A stretch of DNA of 64,000 bases from a virus (IMGVR_UViG_2905373006_000003:16719-80718); one strand, 5' to 3'. Positions 30,929 to 40,841 are shown, counted from the first letter of the stretch. Made by a program: numbers and translations. The notes: a model not told the origin generated them from the letters alone.

Positions 30929-31477
30929 ATGCTTGCAAATCCTTCAAAACACGATGTGCCGTTTATTACCCGTCTGGCTGAACTGGCTGGTGAAGATATT
31001 GCCAGTCAGCTCTGCCACGAATATGGCGCTACATCGGTTTATTTACCCTTCAGGGTATGGCTACCTCCCCAATCCGTCGAAGCGATCGGGAACGCATTTA
31101 CCGGTGACAACTTTGCGGCACTGGCCAAACAGTTCAGCACAAACATTAATGCTGTTTACTGGGCTGTTCAGCAGCATCAGAAACAACAGATAAAACAGGT
31201 GTTTCTGGCGCCCCGGAAAGACGGGGAAAACGACGTACAAGTTCATCAGGTAATCCCGGTGACGCAATTGGGTCTCCCTGACCTGCTAGAAGTTGTGCTT
31301 CAAGCTGTAAAAAAGGCCACAACGCAGGCGAACCAGTATCAGCCTCACATTGCGTTTTTATCTCTGCGTGAAGGGCATTCAGTAACTGCTGACGCTCAAC
31401 TGTCTGAAGTTGTGTCAGAAGAAAACCAATCAGGCAATTCAGTCCATCCTGATATTCAGCCTGATCACTCAGCGTAG
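30929..31477 (+). CDS. Protein with N-terminal Mor-like domain
   Basis: AELAGEDIA..LC.EYGATSVYLP...FTGDNFAALAKQF.....VY. Confidence 0.65.
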   Translation: MLANPSKHDVPFITRLAELAGEDIASQLCHEYGATSVYLPFRVWLPPQSVEAIGNAFTGDNFAALAKQFSTNINAVYWAVQQHQKQQIKQVFLAPRKDGENDVQVHQVIPVTQLGLPDLLEVVLQAVKKATTQANQYQPHIAFLSLREGHSVTADAQLSEVVSEENQSGNSVHPDIQPDHSA

Positions 31478-31528
31478 CCAATATATTTCTTAAATTATTC
31501 ATTGAATTACACCATGGAGATTTTTGTC

Positions 31529-31717
31529 ATGACTCCAGAACAGATTAAAAATCGCTTCCGTCAACGCGGGATCACTTTTACCCAGTGGGCAGAAGAAAAT
31601 GGTTATTCCCGCAATGAGGTTTACCGTGTTCTCAACGGCCAGACCAAAGCACGTTACGGCAAAGCTCATGAAATTGCCGTAAAACTCGGTTTAAAACCTG
31701 CCGCAAATGCGGCGTAA
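31529..31717 (+). CDS. Ner/Cro-like DNA-binding protein (BcepMu gp16 family)
   Basis: MTPEQIK..F...GIT..QWA.ENGY....VYRVLNG.....YGKAHEIAVKLGLK. Confidence 0.85.
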   Translation: MTPEQIKNRFRQRGITFTQWAEENGYSRNEVYRVLNGQTKARYGKAHEIAVKLGLKPAANAA

Positions 31718-31768
31718 TTTTCTGATTATGTAACAGGTTATCACATATTGCAAAAAAGGAGATATGAC

Positions 31769-32077
31769 ATGAGTAAACCCAATGTCTCCAGTTCTGGCTC
31801 CCGAATTCTGCGGGTATTGAAAGCATTACGTGGACATGCATTAAACGGTATTTCAAACGGGGAACTGGCATCGGCACTTAATGAATCACCGGCCAACATT
31901 AACAGAGCACTGAATACCCTTATTGAAGAAGGGCTGGCCCTGAAACTGGATAACGGACGTTTTGCTCCCGGTATTCAATTGATACAGATTGCCATGGCGC
32001 ACAGTAACGAAATGGCACGGGCACAGGATCGTATTAATGAAATTAACCAGCGTGTTATTTCAGGTAGCCGTTATTAA
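31769..32077 (+). CDS. IclR-type HTH early protein
   Basis: RILRVLKAL...GIS..ELA..L..SPA.I.RAL.TL.EEG. Confidence 0.78.
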   Translation: MSKPNVSSSGSRILRVLKALRGHALNGISNGELASALNESPANINRALNTLIEEGLALKLDNGRFAPGIQLIQIAMAHSNEMARAQDRINEINQRVISGSRY

Positions 32078-32087
32078 GGAGTAAATA

Positions 32088-32996
32088 ATGGGACGAACAA
32101 AATCACAACATGTTGAACTGGAAACAGATGTAGCGTTGCCCGGCGATATGAATGTCAGCCTGAATGCCATGACTGAACACCGCCTCGAAATCATGCAGCA
32201 GTTTGGTGACGGCCTGCCATATGAACGTGATCGCATTGTTCACGAAGCCCGCTTTTATATGGCCCAGAGTGCTGAAGCCATGCTGGAAGCAGGTAAAAGA
32301 CTGATTATTCTGAAAGAAAATGAACCTCACGGAGAATTTGTTGCAATTGTAGAAGAACAATTGGGGTTACATGTTCGGGCTGCACAAAGAATGATGAAAG
32401 CATCATTGAAATATCTTTCTCCGAAACTTGAACCAAAAGCGACAACGTTGTCGCTTTTGGGAAAAGCTAAATTGTTTGAACTAGTAGCTGAAGATGATGA
32501 AGAACTATCTGAATTAGCGGATGGAGGCACTGTCGCAGGCCTGACACTTGATGATGTTGATCGCATGTCTGTCCGTGAATTACGGCAGGCTCTGCGCGAA
32601 GCCCGCGAAACCAACGCTGCACAACAACGCGTACTCGCTGACAAAAACGAAAAAATCGACTCGCTTTCCACCAGACTGGAGAAGAAATCCCGCATCCAGC
32701 CGCCCAAGCCTGACGAAGAAGTGAAGAAGCTACGCGCAGAAGTGACGGCATTAGCGGTAGAGGCGGAATCTGCTATCGCTGTTCAATTATCCGGTGCCTT
32801 TGAGACCCTGTGCGCATATTGTGCTGAAAACATGATTGATACACCCAGAGACTTCATGGCGGGTCTGGTCTGTCAACTGGAAAGCACCGCGCGTAGCCTG
32901 CGCTCCACATTTGACCTGCCGGACGAACCGACTGGCAACGTTGCCCCCTCCTGGCTGACAGACCCGATACCTGAAATTAACGGGCGGGAGGAATAA
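32088..32996 (+). CDS. DUF3102-family early protein
   Basis: EAGKRLIILKENEPHGEF...AQRMM. Confidence 0.8.
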   Translation: MGRTKSQHVELETDVALPGDMNVSLNAMTEHRLEIMQQFGDGLPYERDRIVHEARFYMAQSAEAMLEAGKRLIILKENEPHGEFVAIVEEQLGLHVRAAQRMMKASLKYLSPKLEPKATTLSLLGKAKLFELVAEDDEELSELADGGTVAGLTLDDVDRMSVRELRQALREARETNAAQQRVLADKNEKIDSLSTRLEKKSRIQPPKPDEEVKKLRAEVTALAVEAESAIAVQLSGAFETLCAYCAENMIDTPRDFMAGLVCQLESTARSLRSTFDLPDEPTGNVAPSWLTDPIPEINGREE

Positions 32997-34769
32997 GTGA
33001 TGAGTGCTGCCCTGACTGAACGGCTGGTTTCTGTTGCCCGCGCGGCACGTGACGCGGGGCATGGTAAGCGCGGTGCAATATACGACGCCGCCTGCGCTGA
33101 ACTGGGTATGTCCCGCGCCACTCTGTTGCGTAAACTGAAGGAGGTCTCTGTGACTGATAAACGCAAAAAACGCGCCGATGCAGGGCACAGTACCCTGAGC
33201 CGTGATGAAGCCGCCCTGATATCTGCCACGCTGCGTGAGGCCACCCGTAAGAACGGTAAGCGCCTGTATTCCATTGCAGATGCGGTTGAAACCCTGCGGG
33301 CTAACGGCTTTATCACCGCAGGCAGAACGGATGAGACGACAGGCGAGTTTTTCCCGCTGTCCGGGGATACTATCAGCCGCGCCCTGCGTAACTATGGACT
33401 GCACCCGGAACAACTGGATGCCCCTGCGCCGCATACCGAAGTCGCCAGTCTGCACCCCAATCACGTATGGGAAATAGATGCTTCTCTTTGTACGCTTTAC
33501 TACCTGAGCAACGGCCATAAAGGGCTGCAGGTGATGGACAGCGCGAAGTTCTACAAGAACAAGCCCGCCAACCTTGCCCGTATCGCCAGTGACCGTGTCT
33601 GGAGTTACGAGATTACCGACCATGCCAGTGGCTGGATTTACGTCGAGTACGTGATGGGGGCGGAATCCGGTGAAAATCTGTGTTCTGTGCTAATCAATGC
33701 CATGCAGGAGCGCGGTGGTGCAGACGTGCTGCACGGCGTGCCAAAAATACTCTACCTTGACCCCGGCTCGGCGAACACCGCAGGTATGACGAAGAACCTG
33801 TGCCGTTCTCTGGGTATCGAGCTGACAGCACATAAGCCACATAACGCCCGCGCCACCGGACAGGTGGAAAAGGCGCGTGACATTATTGAGCGCAAGCTGG
33901 AGCCGGGGTTGAAATTTCAGCCTGTTCACAGTCTGGAAGAACTCAACGCGCTGGCCGTGAAATGGCGCAGCCATTTTAACGCCACGGCTGTTCACAGCCG
34001 CCACGGTAAAACCCGCACGGATATCTGGCTGAAAATTACTGCTGACCAGCTGAAAAAAGCACCTTCCGTTGAGGTATGCCGTGAGCTGGCTGTGGCTGCA
34101 CCTGAACTTCGCAAGGTCACGCCAAAACTTCGTGTCTCCTTCCGGGGCACTGAGTTTGATGTTTCAACGGTGCCGGGTGTACTGGTCGGCGAAAAACTGA
34201 TGATTACCCGCAACCCGTGGCGCACTGATGTGGCACAGGTAGTACTGACCGGAGAAGACGGTCACGAAACCTTTTTCCTGGTCGATGAAGTCAGAAAGAA
34301 CGAATTCGGATTTGCTGAAAATGCGGCGGTATTTGGCGGAAGCCACAAAGCCCTGCCGGAAACCCCGGCGCAGAAAGCGGCAAAAGAAATCGAAGAGCTG
34401 GTCACCGGTACCGATAACGCCACCGATGCAGCTGCTGCACGCAAAGCGAAGGCGCTGCCCTTCGGCGGGCGACTTGACCCGTACAAACATATCGATGACA
34501 CCCCGCTTCCGGCCTATATGCCGAAACGCGGTCAGGCTTCAGACGTGCGCGGACCGCGTATTGAACAGCGTCCTTTAACCCATGTGGAGGCCGCAAAAAT
34601 CCTGCGCGGGAAATTCAGTGCTGCCGGTCATGCCTGGACACCGGAACATTACCGCCGGTTAACGGCACAGTACCCGGACGGCGTACCGGAAGCCGAACTG
34701 GATGAAGTGATGGCCGTTATGACCACGACCGCCCACAACAGCGTTATCAGCATCGTTAACGGCAACTGA
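32997..34769 (+). CDS. DDE transposase (MuA functional analogue)
   Basis: RKKRADAG, HPNHVWEIDAS, YLDPGS, ARATGQVE catalytic motifs. Confidence 0.93.
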   Translation: MMSAALTERLVSVARAARDAGHGKRGAIYDAACAELGMSRATLLRKLKEVSVTDKRKKRADAGHSTLSRDEAALISATLREATRKNGKRLYSIADAVETLRANGFITAGRTDETTGEFFPLSGDTISRALRNYGLHPEQLDAPAPHTEVASLHPNHVWEIDASLCTLYYLSNGHKGLQVMDSAKFYKNKPANLARIASDRVWSYEITDHASGWIYVEYVMGAESGENLCSVLINAMQERGGADVLHGVPKILYLDPGSANTAGMTKNLCRSLGIELTAHKPHNARATGQVEKARDIIERKLEPGLKFQPVHSLEELNALAVKWRSHFNATAVHSRHGKTRTDIWLKITADQLKKAPSVEVCRELAVAAPELRKVTPKLRVSFRGTEFDVSTVPGVLVGEKLMITRNPWRTDVAQVVLTGEDGHETFFLVDEVRKNEFGFAENAAVFGGSHKALPETPAQKAAKEIEELVTGTDNATDAAAARKAKALPFGGRLDPYKHIDDTPLPAYMPKRGQASDVRGPRIEQRPLTHVEAAKILRGKFSAAGHAWTPEHYRRLTAQYPDGVPEAELDEVMAVMTTTAHNSVISIVNGN

Positions 34770-34779
34770 GGAGGAATAC

Positions 34780-35946
34780 ATGCTGGTACTGAAGCAACAA
34801 CTGAAGGAGGCCCGCATCCCGCAGGCGGTGGCGGCGAGAGCGGTCGATGTTTCCGAGGCCACGCTGGCCCAGATTGTGAATCATAACGTGTGGCCCCGTA
34901 CCTGTCCCGGAGAAGTGCGCCAGCGTCTTGCATCCTGGCTGGAAAGTCAGGGAATTGATACAGCAAAGAGTTTTGATGCTGTACAGGGCGCGACCACGCC
35001 CTATACAGCGGGTACTACTGATAAAGCAATCCTCAGCGAGGAAGAGAATATGTTACTAAAAAAACAGGTGTTATTTCCAGCAACCAAAAAAGCGTTTGGC
35101 CTTTTCCGTGACCCGTTTGCTGACGAAGCCATGCAGGGCGCTGAGGATGTGTTCACCACACCCGATATCCGTTATGTCCGGGAAGCACTCTACCAGACAG
35201 CCCGCCACGGTGGTTTTATGGCGGTTATCGGTGAGTCCGGTGCGGGGAAATCCACGCTGCGCCGTGACCTGATTGAACGCATCAACCGCGAGAATGCACC
35301 GGTCATTGTCATTGAACCTTATATCATTGCGATGGAAGACAACGACGTGAAGGGAAAGACCTTAAAAGCGGCGGCGATAGCAGAAGCCATCATCAGTACG
35401 ATTGCGCCGCTTGAGAACATCAAACGCAGTCAGGATGCCCGTTTCCGCCAGTTGCACCGTGTTCTGAAAGACAGTTGTCAGGCTGGTTTCAGTCACGTTC
35501 TGGTGATTGAGGAGGCCCACAGCCTGCCCATTCCGACACTGAAGCACCTCAAACGTTTTTTTGAGCTGGAGTCCGGTTTTAAAAAGCTGCTGTCGATTGT
35601 GCTGGTTGGGCAACCAGAACTCGCCACCAAACTGTCCGAACGCAATATGGAAGTCAGGGAAGTCGTACAGCGTTGTGAAGTGGTTGAACTGCTGCCGCTG
35701 GACAACAACCTTGAAGAGTTTCTGACGTTCAAACTGCAACGGGCAGGCAAGCAACTGACGGACATTATGGATGCCAGTGCGGTGGATGCCATCCGTGCCC
35801 GCCTGAGTAATCCGGGCAGCAACCGTAAAAACAGGGTCAGTCTGCTGTATCCGCTGGCCGTCAGTAATCTGGTTATTGCAGCCATGAATCTGGCCGCTGA
35901 AATTGGTATTCCGCAGGTCACTGCGGATGTGGTGAAAGGGGTTTAA
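34780..35946 (+). CDS. Transposition AAA+ ATPase (MuB analogue, ExeA-like) with N-terminal HTH
   Basis: GESGAGKST Walker A, LVIEEAH Walker B, LVGQPEL. Confidence 0.92.
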   Translation: MLVLKQQLKEARIPQAVAARAVDVSEATLAQIVNHNVWPRTCPGEVRQRLASWLESQGIDTAKSFDAVQGATTPYTAGTTDKAILSEEENMLLKKQVLFPATKKAFGLFRDPFADEAMQGAEDVFTTPDIRYVREALYQTARHGGFMAVIGESGAGKSTLRRDLIERINRENAPVIVIEPYIIAMEDNDVKGKTLKAAAIAEAIISTIAPLENIKRSQDARFRQLHRVLKDSCQAGFSHVLVIEEAHSLPIPTLKHLKRFFELESGFKKLLSIVLVGQPELATKLSERNMEVREVVQRCEVVELLPLDNNLEEFLTFKLQRAGKQLTDIMDASAVDAIRARLSNPGSNRKNRVSLLYPLAVSNLVIAAMNLAAEIGIPQVTADVVKGV

Positions 35947-35948
35947 TC

Positions 35949-36218
35949 ATGAAAAACATAACAGCAATTAACCAGCAGATGAATAACGTCAGCAATGCTA
36001 TTACGGCACTTAACGCCATGAATGCCACAGTGCAGAGCGTCATGATTGCAGGCAGTAAACCGCTAATCCGTATTGCCCGCAGCAGTCTCTGCAACCGCCT
36101 GCTGGCACAGGGTAAAGCCTCTTACGTCCATATCGGACATGGGCGTTCCGGCAGCTTTCGTCAGGGTGTTTTTGAATTACATGGCTGCCGGGTCATCTGG
36201 TCAGAATTATTGCTCTGA
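35949..36218 (+). CDS. Hypothetical early protein
   Basis: Coupled ORF ending HGCRVIWSE. Confidence 0.7.
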   Translation: MKNITAINQQMNNVSNAITALNAMNATVQSVMIAGSKPLIRIARSSLCNRLLAQGKASYVHIGHGRSGSFRQGVFELHGCRVIWSELLL

Positions 36219-36263
36219 GGCGTTGTATCCGTTTTTTATTAAACAACACATGAGGTCATTAAC

Positions 36264-36785
36264 ATGGCAAGAAATGCAAAGCGAATTAAAGCCAGTGCGG
36301 CTGTGTGGACGGCACAGACAAAAGATGAAGTCATCGCCGCAATCAAACAACTCGGTGATTTACAGCGGGAGTTAATCAGAACAGAGGCGAAAATGAATGA
36401 CGCTATCGGGGAAATTACTGCCGGTATGTCGCCGTCAATTGAAGAGCTGAAGGCCCGTATGAAGGAGTTACAAAGCGGTATACAGACATGGTGTGAAGCA
36501 CACCGGGATGAACTGACCAACGGAGGTAAAGTCAAGTTTGCCAACTTAACCACCGGGGAAGTGCAATGGCGTAACCGTCCTCCGTCAGTGAATATCCGTG
36601 GCGCTGATGCCGTTATGGATTTCCTGAAACGCCTGGGTCTGCAGCGTTTTATCCGGGTAAAAGAGGAAATAAATAAAGACGCCATCCTGAATGAAAAAGA
36701 AGCCGTGAAAAATATCCCCGGCATTACCATAAAAAGTGATATTGAGGATTTTTCCATTATTCCTTTTGAACAGGATGTCCAGTAA
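36264..36785 (+). CDS. gam: Host-nuclease inhibitor Gam
   Basis: WCEAHRDELTNGGKVKFANLTTGEVQWRNRPPSV...EEINKDAIL matches Mu Gam. Confidence 0.93.
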   Translation: MARNAKRIKASAAVWTAQTKDEVIAAIKQLGDLQRELIRTEAKMNDAIGEITAGMSPSIEELKARMKELQSGIQTWCEAHRDELTNGGKVKFANLTTGEVQWRNRPPSVNIRGADAVMDFLKRLGLQRFIRVKEEINKDAILNEKEAVKNIPGITIKSDIEDFSIIPFEQDVQ

Positions 36786-36883
36786 TTCAGTAAATATCGT
36801 TATTTAACTTACTCTTTTCTTTTTATTTCGGCGTCAGTGCCGTGGGTTTCTGCACGCCGAAAACAGCCAGAAGGTTATTTATT

Positions 36884-37072
36884 ATGTCCGTTAAATGTCG
36901 TCATTGTCAGCAAAGTATCACCTCACTGAAACTGCGTGAGGCCAACGTTATCACTACCGGGAAATACCACGTTCCGACAGTACTCATCACGCTGGTTTGC
37001 CCGTATTGCAGCCAGCATTACTACGCGGAAGTCCCGGTTATGGAATTTATCCCTTGCGAGGAAAAACAATGA
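36884..37072 (+). CDS. Small zinc-ribbon protein
   Basis: CRHC...CPYC. Confidence 0.65.
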   Translation: MSVKCRHCQQSITSLKLREANVITTGKYHVPTVLITLVCPYCSQHYYAEVPVMEFIPCEEKQ

Positions 37073-37341
37073 TTACACCTCTGGAAGCCAAAAAACGTAC
37101 CCGTGAAATTATCGAAGACTATGTCAATGAGTGCGGATGCAGAAACCTCACCGATGTTCAGCACGTACTGGAGGCATTAATCAGTATGGCTGCACAGGCG
37201 GTTGTGGCAACAAACGGCAAAGCAGCCGCCATTGAGGTACTGGAAAAAACACTTATCCATACGGTACTGCATGAAGTGCCATACCGGATGGAAACAACGG
37301 CGGACGGCCACCTCAGAATTACTGTCGCCCGGAAACACTAA
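37069..37341 (+). CDS. Hypothetical early protein
   Basis: GAGG RBS, ATGA overlap with previous gene. Confidence 0.65.
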   Translation: MITPLEAKKRTREIIEDYVNECGCRNLTDVQHVLEALISMAAQAVVATNGKAAAIEVLEKTLIHTVLHEVPYRMETTADGHLRITVARKH

Positions 37342-37387
37342 ACCGTGCGCCTGCATAATCACTCAATGAATTACGGAAAGGTGAAAA

Positions 37388-37549
37388 ATGAAAGTACTGA
37401 TGACAAAACTCTGGTTTATGACAATAAAAGAAACCCGGAAAATCCTGGATATTATCAGTTCATTAATGGGGTATTTTCTTTTGTCGGTAGCCATTGGTGC
37501 CGGACTGACTTTTGGTTTTTTATCGGTTTTTGTCATTTACGGGAGTTAA
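37388..37549 (+). CDS. Small membrane protein
   Basis: Read by hand: AAGGTG RBS, MKVLMTKLWF...LLSVAIGAGLTFGFLSVFVIYGS; abuts next ATG. Confidence 0.5.
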   Translation: MKVLMTKLWFMTIKETRKILDIISSLMGYFLLSVAIGAGLTFGFLSVFVIYGS

Positions 37550-38062
37550 ATGATGAAAGAGATAAATTTATATAACCGCTCAACACTTTACCGCACAGCA
37601 CTGAAAACCTTCGGCCCGGAAGCGCAGTTACTGAAACTGACAGAAGAAGCCGCTGAACTGGCCGCAGCGGCAGCCCGTAATATGAACGGGGCAGGCAGTG
37701 AGGTGGATTTGGCCGGTGAGCTGGCTGATGTGGAAATAATGACTGAACAATGCCGTCTCAACGGTATGGGAAAACTCATTGACTTTCAGAAGCAGAAAAA
37801 GCTGGCGAGACTGGCCGAACGATTGGGGGTGACTTACACCCCTGAAACTGAAAAGGCACCAGCCGTCTTTTACCCGCCACAATTAACAGCATTAGCGCAA
37901 AAATTGCCTTCCCGTGAACTGCTGGAAGACTGGTGTGGTGCTGTACCAAACAGCGCCTTCATCGGTGCCACGGACGAAGAAATTGCGGATATGGCGCGTT
38001 TTATTCTTTGTGCTATGCCCCTGCTTGATGTTCACGGAGGCTGTGATGACTCAGCAAAATGA
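37550..38062 (+). CDS. MazG-like nucleotide pyrophosphohydrolase domain protein
   Basis: KLTEEAAEL...LAGELADVEIM (EExxE...ExxD). Confidence 0.7.
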   Translation: MMKEINLYNRSTLYRTALKTFGPEAQLLKLTEEAAELAAAAARNMNGAGSEVDLAGELADVEIMTEQCRLNGMGKLIDFQKQKKLARLAERLGVTYTPETEKAPAVFYPPQLTALAQKLPSRELLEDWCGAVPNSAFIGATDEEIADMARFILCAMPLLDVHGGCDDSAK

Positions 38063-38735
38063 AAAAATACTGGAGAAATTAAAAAAATTACTGGCGCTGG
38101 CCAAATCAGATAACCCGCACGAAGCCGCAGTGGCATTACAGCGGGCACAAAAACTGATGCAGGCTTATCACATTACTCAGGAGGATATTGCACTCAGTGA
38201 TATTGATGAAAGTCTCAGTGATTACTGGGCGACCGGCAGTATCCATCCTCCCCGTTACATGCTGGGGCTGTTATCCGTTATACAGACCGCATTTGGTGTG
38301 AAATCCATACTTCATCCCGGGATAAAACCCAGAATAGGATTTTACGGTAATAAAGAGCGGGTCAGTCTTGCGTCCTATACATGGGAGGTACTGGCCAGAC
38401 AGTTAACGGCTGCCCGTAAACATTATATTCGTCAGCAAAATAAGCGGATTAAAAACACGACGAAAACCAGCCGTGGCGACCAGTTCGCGGAAGGCTGGGT
38501 GTTAGCCGTCCACAGCGAAATCCGGTTATTTGCGATGTCAGATGAGGAGCGGGAACTTGCTGAACGCTGGATTGAACATAAATACCCTTCCCGCAGTACC
38601 ACTCAGGGACGGGAAGCCGGAAATGCACGGGATGCTAACCTGTCCGGCTCTCTGGGGTATCAGGCGGGTAAAAATGTCAGACTGCACCGCCCTGTTAACG
38701 GGCAGGAGCAGCCCAGACTGAGGGGGGCGCGATGA
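38046..38735 (+). CDS. DUF2786-domain protein
   Basis: KLKKLLALAKSDNPHEAAVALQRAQKLM. Confidence 0.85.
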   Translation: MTQQNEKILEKLKKLLALAKSDNPHEAAVALQRAQKLMQAYHITQEDIALSDIDESLSDYWATGSIHPPRYMLGLLSVIQTAFGVKSILHPGIKPRIGFYGNKERVSLASYTWEVLARQLTAARKHYIRQQNKRIKNTTKTSRGDQFAEGWVLAVHSEIRLFAMSDEERELAERWIEHKYPSRSTTQGREAGNARDANLSGSLGYQAGKNVRLHRPVNGQEQPRLRGAR

Positions 38736-38947
38736 TAACAGAATCTGTTTTATCTTCTCTGGCTTTATATTTTGTTGCGGGTTGGTGTACTGCTGAATTA
38801 CACCGGTATTCTGGTTTTTTCTCGCGTTACCGTCGTATCGGATATTGTCTCAGCTGGATAGTGATGTTTCTGTGTTGGCCTCTGTTACTGCCTCTTTATG
38901 TCAGTTATATCGGTACCCAATATCAGAAGGAGAATAATGATGGATAA
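38732..38947 (+). CDS. Small membrane protein
   Basis: Two hydrophobic segments, FLCWPL. Confidence 0.6.
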   Translation: MITESVLSSLALYFVAGWCTAELHRYSGFFSRYRRIGYCLSWIVMFLCWPLLLPLYVSYIGTQYQKENNDG

Positions 38948-39365
38948 ATCACGTCTTATTCAACTTATTCACATCGCTAAAAATAAACTTCAACTGGATG
39001 AGGATACTTATCGCCAGATGTTACAGGGACTAACAGGAAAAGCCTCTACAAAGAACATGGATACTTCTGACCTGAATAAAGTCCTTGATGCAATGAAAAA
39101 GAAAGGATTTCGTATCAGTCCGGCGAAGAAAGCTCAATCCCGTTTACCGCTGGATGACCATCCGCAATCCAGGAAAATCCGTGCGTTATGGCTTGAAATG
39201 GCTGATGCGGGTATCGTGCGTAACCGTTCTGAACAGGCGCTGGCCCGGTGGGTAAAACGGGAAACTGGCGTCAGTGCGTTACGCTGGCTCAGCAACGAGC
39301 AGGCAAGCCACGTTATTGAAAAACTGAAGAAGTGGCAGCACAGAGCCACGGGGAGGAAGCCATGA
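38937..39365 (+). CDS. gemA: GemA (Mu gp16) family protein
   Basis: LIQLIHIAK..L.LDEDTYR..L...TGK.S...KIRALW...VIEKLKKW. Confidence 0.9.
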   Translation: MMDKSRLIQLIHIAKNKLQLDEDTYRQMLQGLTGKASTKNMDTSDLNKVLDAMKKKGFRISPAKKAQSRLPLDDHPQSRKIRALWLEMADAGIVRNRSEQALARWVKRETGVSALRWLSNEQASHVIEKLKKWQHRATGRKP

Positions 39366-39754
39366 GCGACCTGAACCAGTTTCGCAGTAAAGGGCCGGAA
39401 CTGCTGGTTGAACTAGCCCAGCACACTGCTGAAACCCTTCGGGAAATTATCGATATAGACCCGGCAGTGGCTGACCAGATAGGTCAGGCTGTTGCCAATC
39501 GTATGATGCAGGTCTGGGGCGGACAAAATGTGTATTTTCCGATGGGTATGGTCTGGCGGGTAAGCCAGCGGGACAGGGAGATATTTAATGAGTTCAACGG
39601 GCGTAACCATCACGAACTGGCCCGTAAATTTGGTGTCTCACTGCAGTGGATTTACAGTGTGGTAAAACGCGTCAGAAAAGAAGAGCTAGATCGGATGCAG
39701 GGTAAGCTGTTTGAAAATGATCAGGACGAAACACCGCCAGATAATAACGTATAA
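39362..39754 (+). CDS. mor: Mor/C-family transcription activator
   Basis: WGGQNVYFP...RDREIFNEFNGRNHHELARKFGVSLQWIYSVV. Confidence 0.92.
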   Translation: MSDLNQFRSKGPELLVELAQHTAETLREIIDIDPAVADQIGQAVANRMMQVWGGQNVYFPMGMVWRVSQRDREIFNEFNGRNHHELARKFGVSLQWIYSVVKRVRKEELDRMQGKLFENDQDETPPDNNV

Positions 39755-39785
39755 ATACACATTAATGTGCTTTAAAGAATATATG

Positions 39786-39815
39786 ACACAGTGGATACCC
39801 CACTGTGTTTTTTTT
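39786..39815 (+). terminator. Intrinsic terminator ending early operon
   Basis: ACACAGTGG/CCACTGTGT stem plus T tract. Confidence 0.8.
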
Positions 39816-39851
39816 ATTCTAAAAGCAGAATAAAAACATCGGAGGAATGAC

Positions 39852-40502
39852 ATGTTTGACGCATCGTTACTCAATTTGCCATGGGCAACACTCGTGACGC
39901 TGACCAGTGGCTATATCGGCTATTTTATTGCAAACGTAGGTCTGAAAGAGCATCACAAACCTATAGAGGTGACATTTTCCTCGCTGATTTTCGGTCTGTT
40001 ATCAATGATGGTTTATCAGGCTGTGATGTGGTCTGGTCTGAATGCGTGGCTGGCAACGCCACCCGCACTTCTGTGTGCTTTTATCTGTGGCGTGTTCTGG
40101 CGCAGATATGGGCGCAAATGGATGTACAAATTTCTTCGGGATAAAGATATTTCATGGTCTGATAATACGCATTCAGCCTGGCAACGTATGTTTGATCAAC
40201 ATGGATATTATATCAGTGAAGGGTATGTGTATCTTAAAGACGGTACTGTTCTTCTTTCTGAACATCCCGGACACTTTGAGGGGCAGCCGGGAGGGGCATT
40301 TGTCCTGGGGGCTGAAAAGGATGTGTTGATGTACGTCACCCATGAAAAAAAACCGGGAAATGATAAGTGGCTCAAAAAAGAAGTTGCAAATAAAAACTGG
40401 GGAGTGATGGCAACCTATATTCCAGCCGATCAGATTGCCATGATAAGGATAAGACGAACCAGAAACCGCATCATCAATTCACGAAGTGATGAAACAGATT
40501 AA
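39852..40502 (+). CDS. Membrane protein, DUF6338-like (three N-terminal TMs + soluble C-domain)
   Basis: GGAGG RBS; SAWQRMF, VYLKDGTVL, YIPADQI pattern. Confidence 0.7.
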   Translation: MFDASLLNLPWATLVTLTSGYIGYFIANVGLKEHHKPIEVTFSSLIFGLLSMMVYQAVMWSGLNAWLATPPALLCAFICGVFWRRYGRKWMYKFLRDKDISWSDNTHSAWQRMFDQHGYYISEGYVYLKDGTVLLSEHPGHFEGQPGGAFVLGAEKDVLMYVTHEKKPGNDKWLKKEVANKNWGVMATYIPADQIAMIRIRRTRNRIINSRSDETD

Positions 40503-40651
40503 TCCCGTGACGGAGGTGCGTCATCATCAGAATGAGTCGATTGATGCTCAGATGAATCATTTGTTTGTGCAGAGTTATCGGACTCAAAGGTGACGCACCC
40601 TTTTAAGTCTTCAGAAAAGTCAGTTGTTGAATTATTATTTTTGTCTGGCAT
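40499..40651 (-). CDS. 50-aa acidic low-complexity peptide
   Basis: Read by hand: AGAGGA RBS, MPDKNNNSTTDFSEDLKGCVTFESDNSAQTNDSSEHQSTHSDDDAPPSRD; stop overlaps stop of 39852-40502. Confidence 0.6.
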   Translation of the reverse strand: MPDKNNNSTTDFSEDLKGCVTFESDNSAQTNDSSEHQSTHSDDDAPPSRD

Positions 40652-40798
40652 GTATTAGAATTCCTCTACAAGTAGAATCGGTAGCAATGATTTTACCCAT
40701 CAATCTGCCAGTTTTTTGTGAACCGTATTTGTTTCTCATACTGAAAAAGAATTACATAATACATCTTCATCTCTTCCCATCTCGTACCACTACATCCC

Positions 40799-40841
40799 AT
40801 TTATCTCACGGATCACTATTCATTTATCTCATGTCTAATCA
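40799..40841 (-). repeat. Transposable-phage end with putative transposase-binding sites
   Basis: Reverse complement TGAT...GAGATAAAT...ATCCGTGAGATAAA, same offsets as 5429-5471. Confidence 0.88.

Larger units (their letters stand above)
5429..40841. mobile_element. Complete Mu-like (B3/BcepMu-type organisation) transposable prophage with contractile tail, 35,413 bp
   Basis: TGAT...ATCA ends, 6-bp TSD, DDE transposase + AAA ATPase, Gam, GemA, Mor, DUF935 portal, P2-like tail genes; early operon points outward with internal repressor and methylase. Confidence 0.96.
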
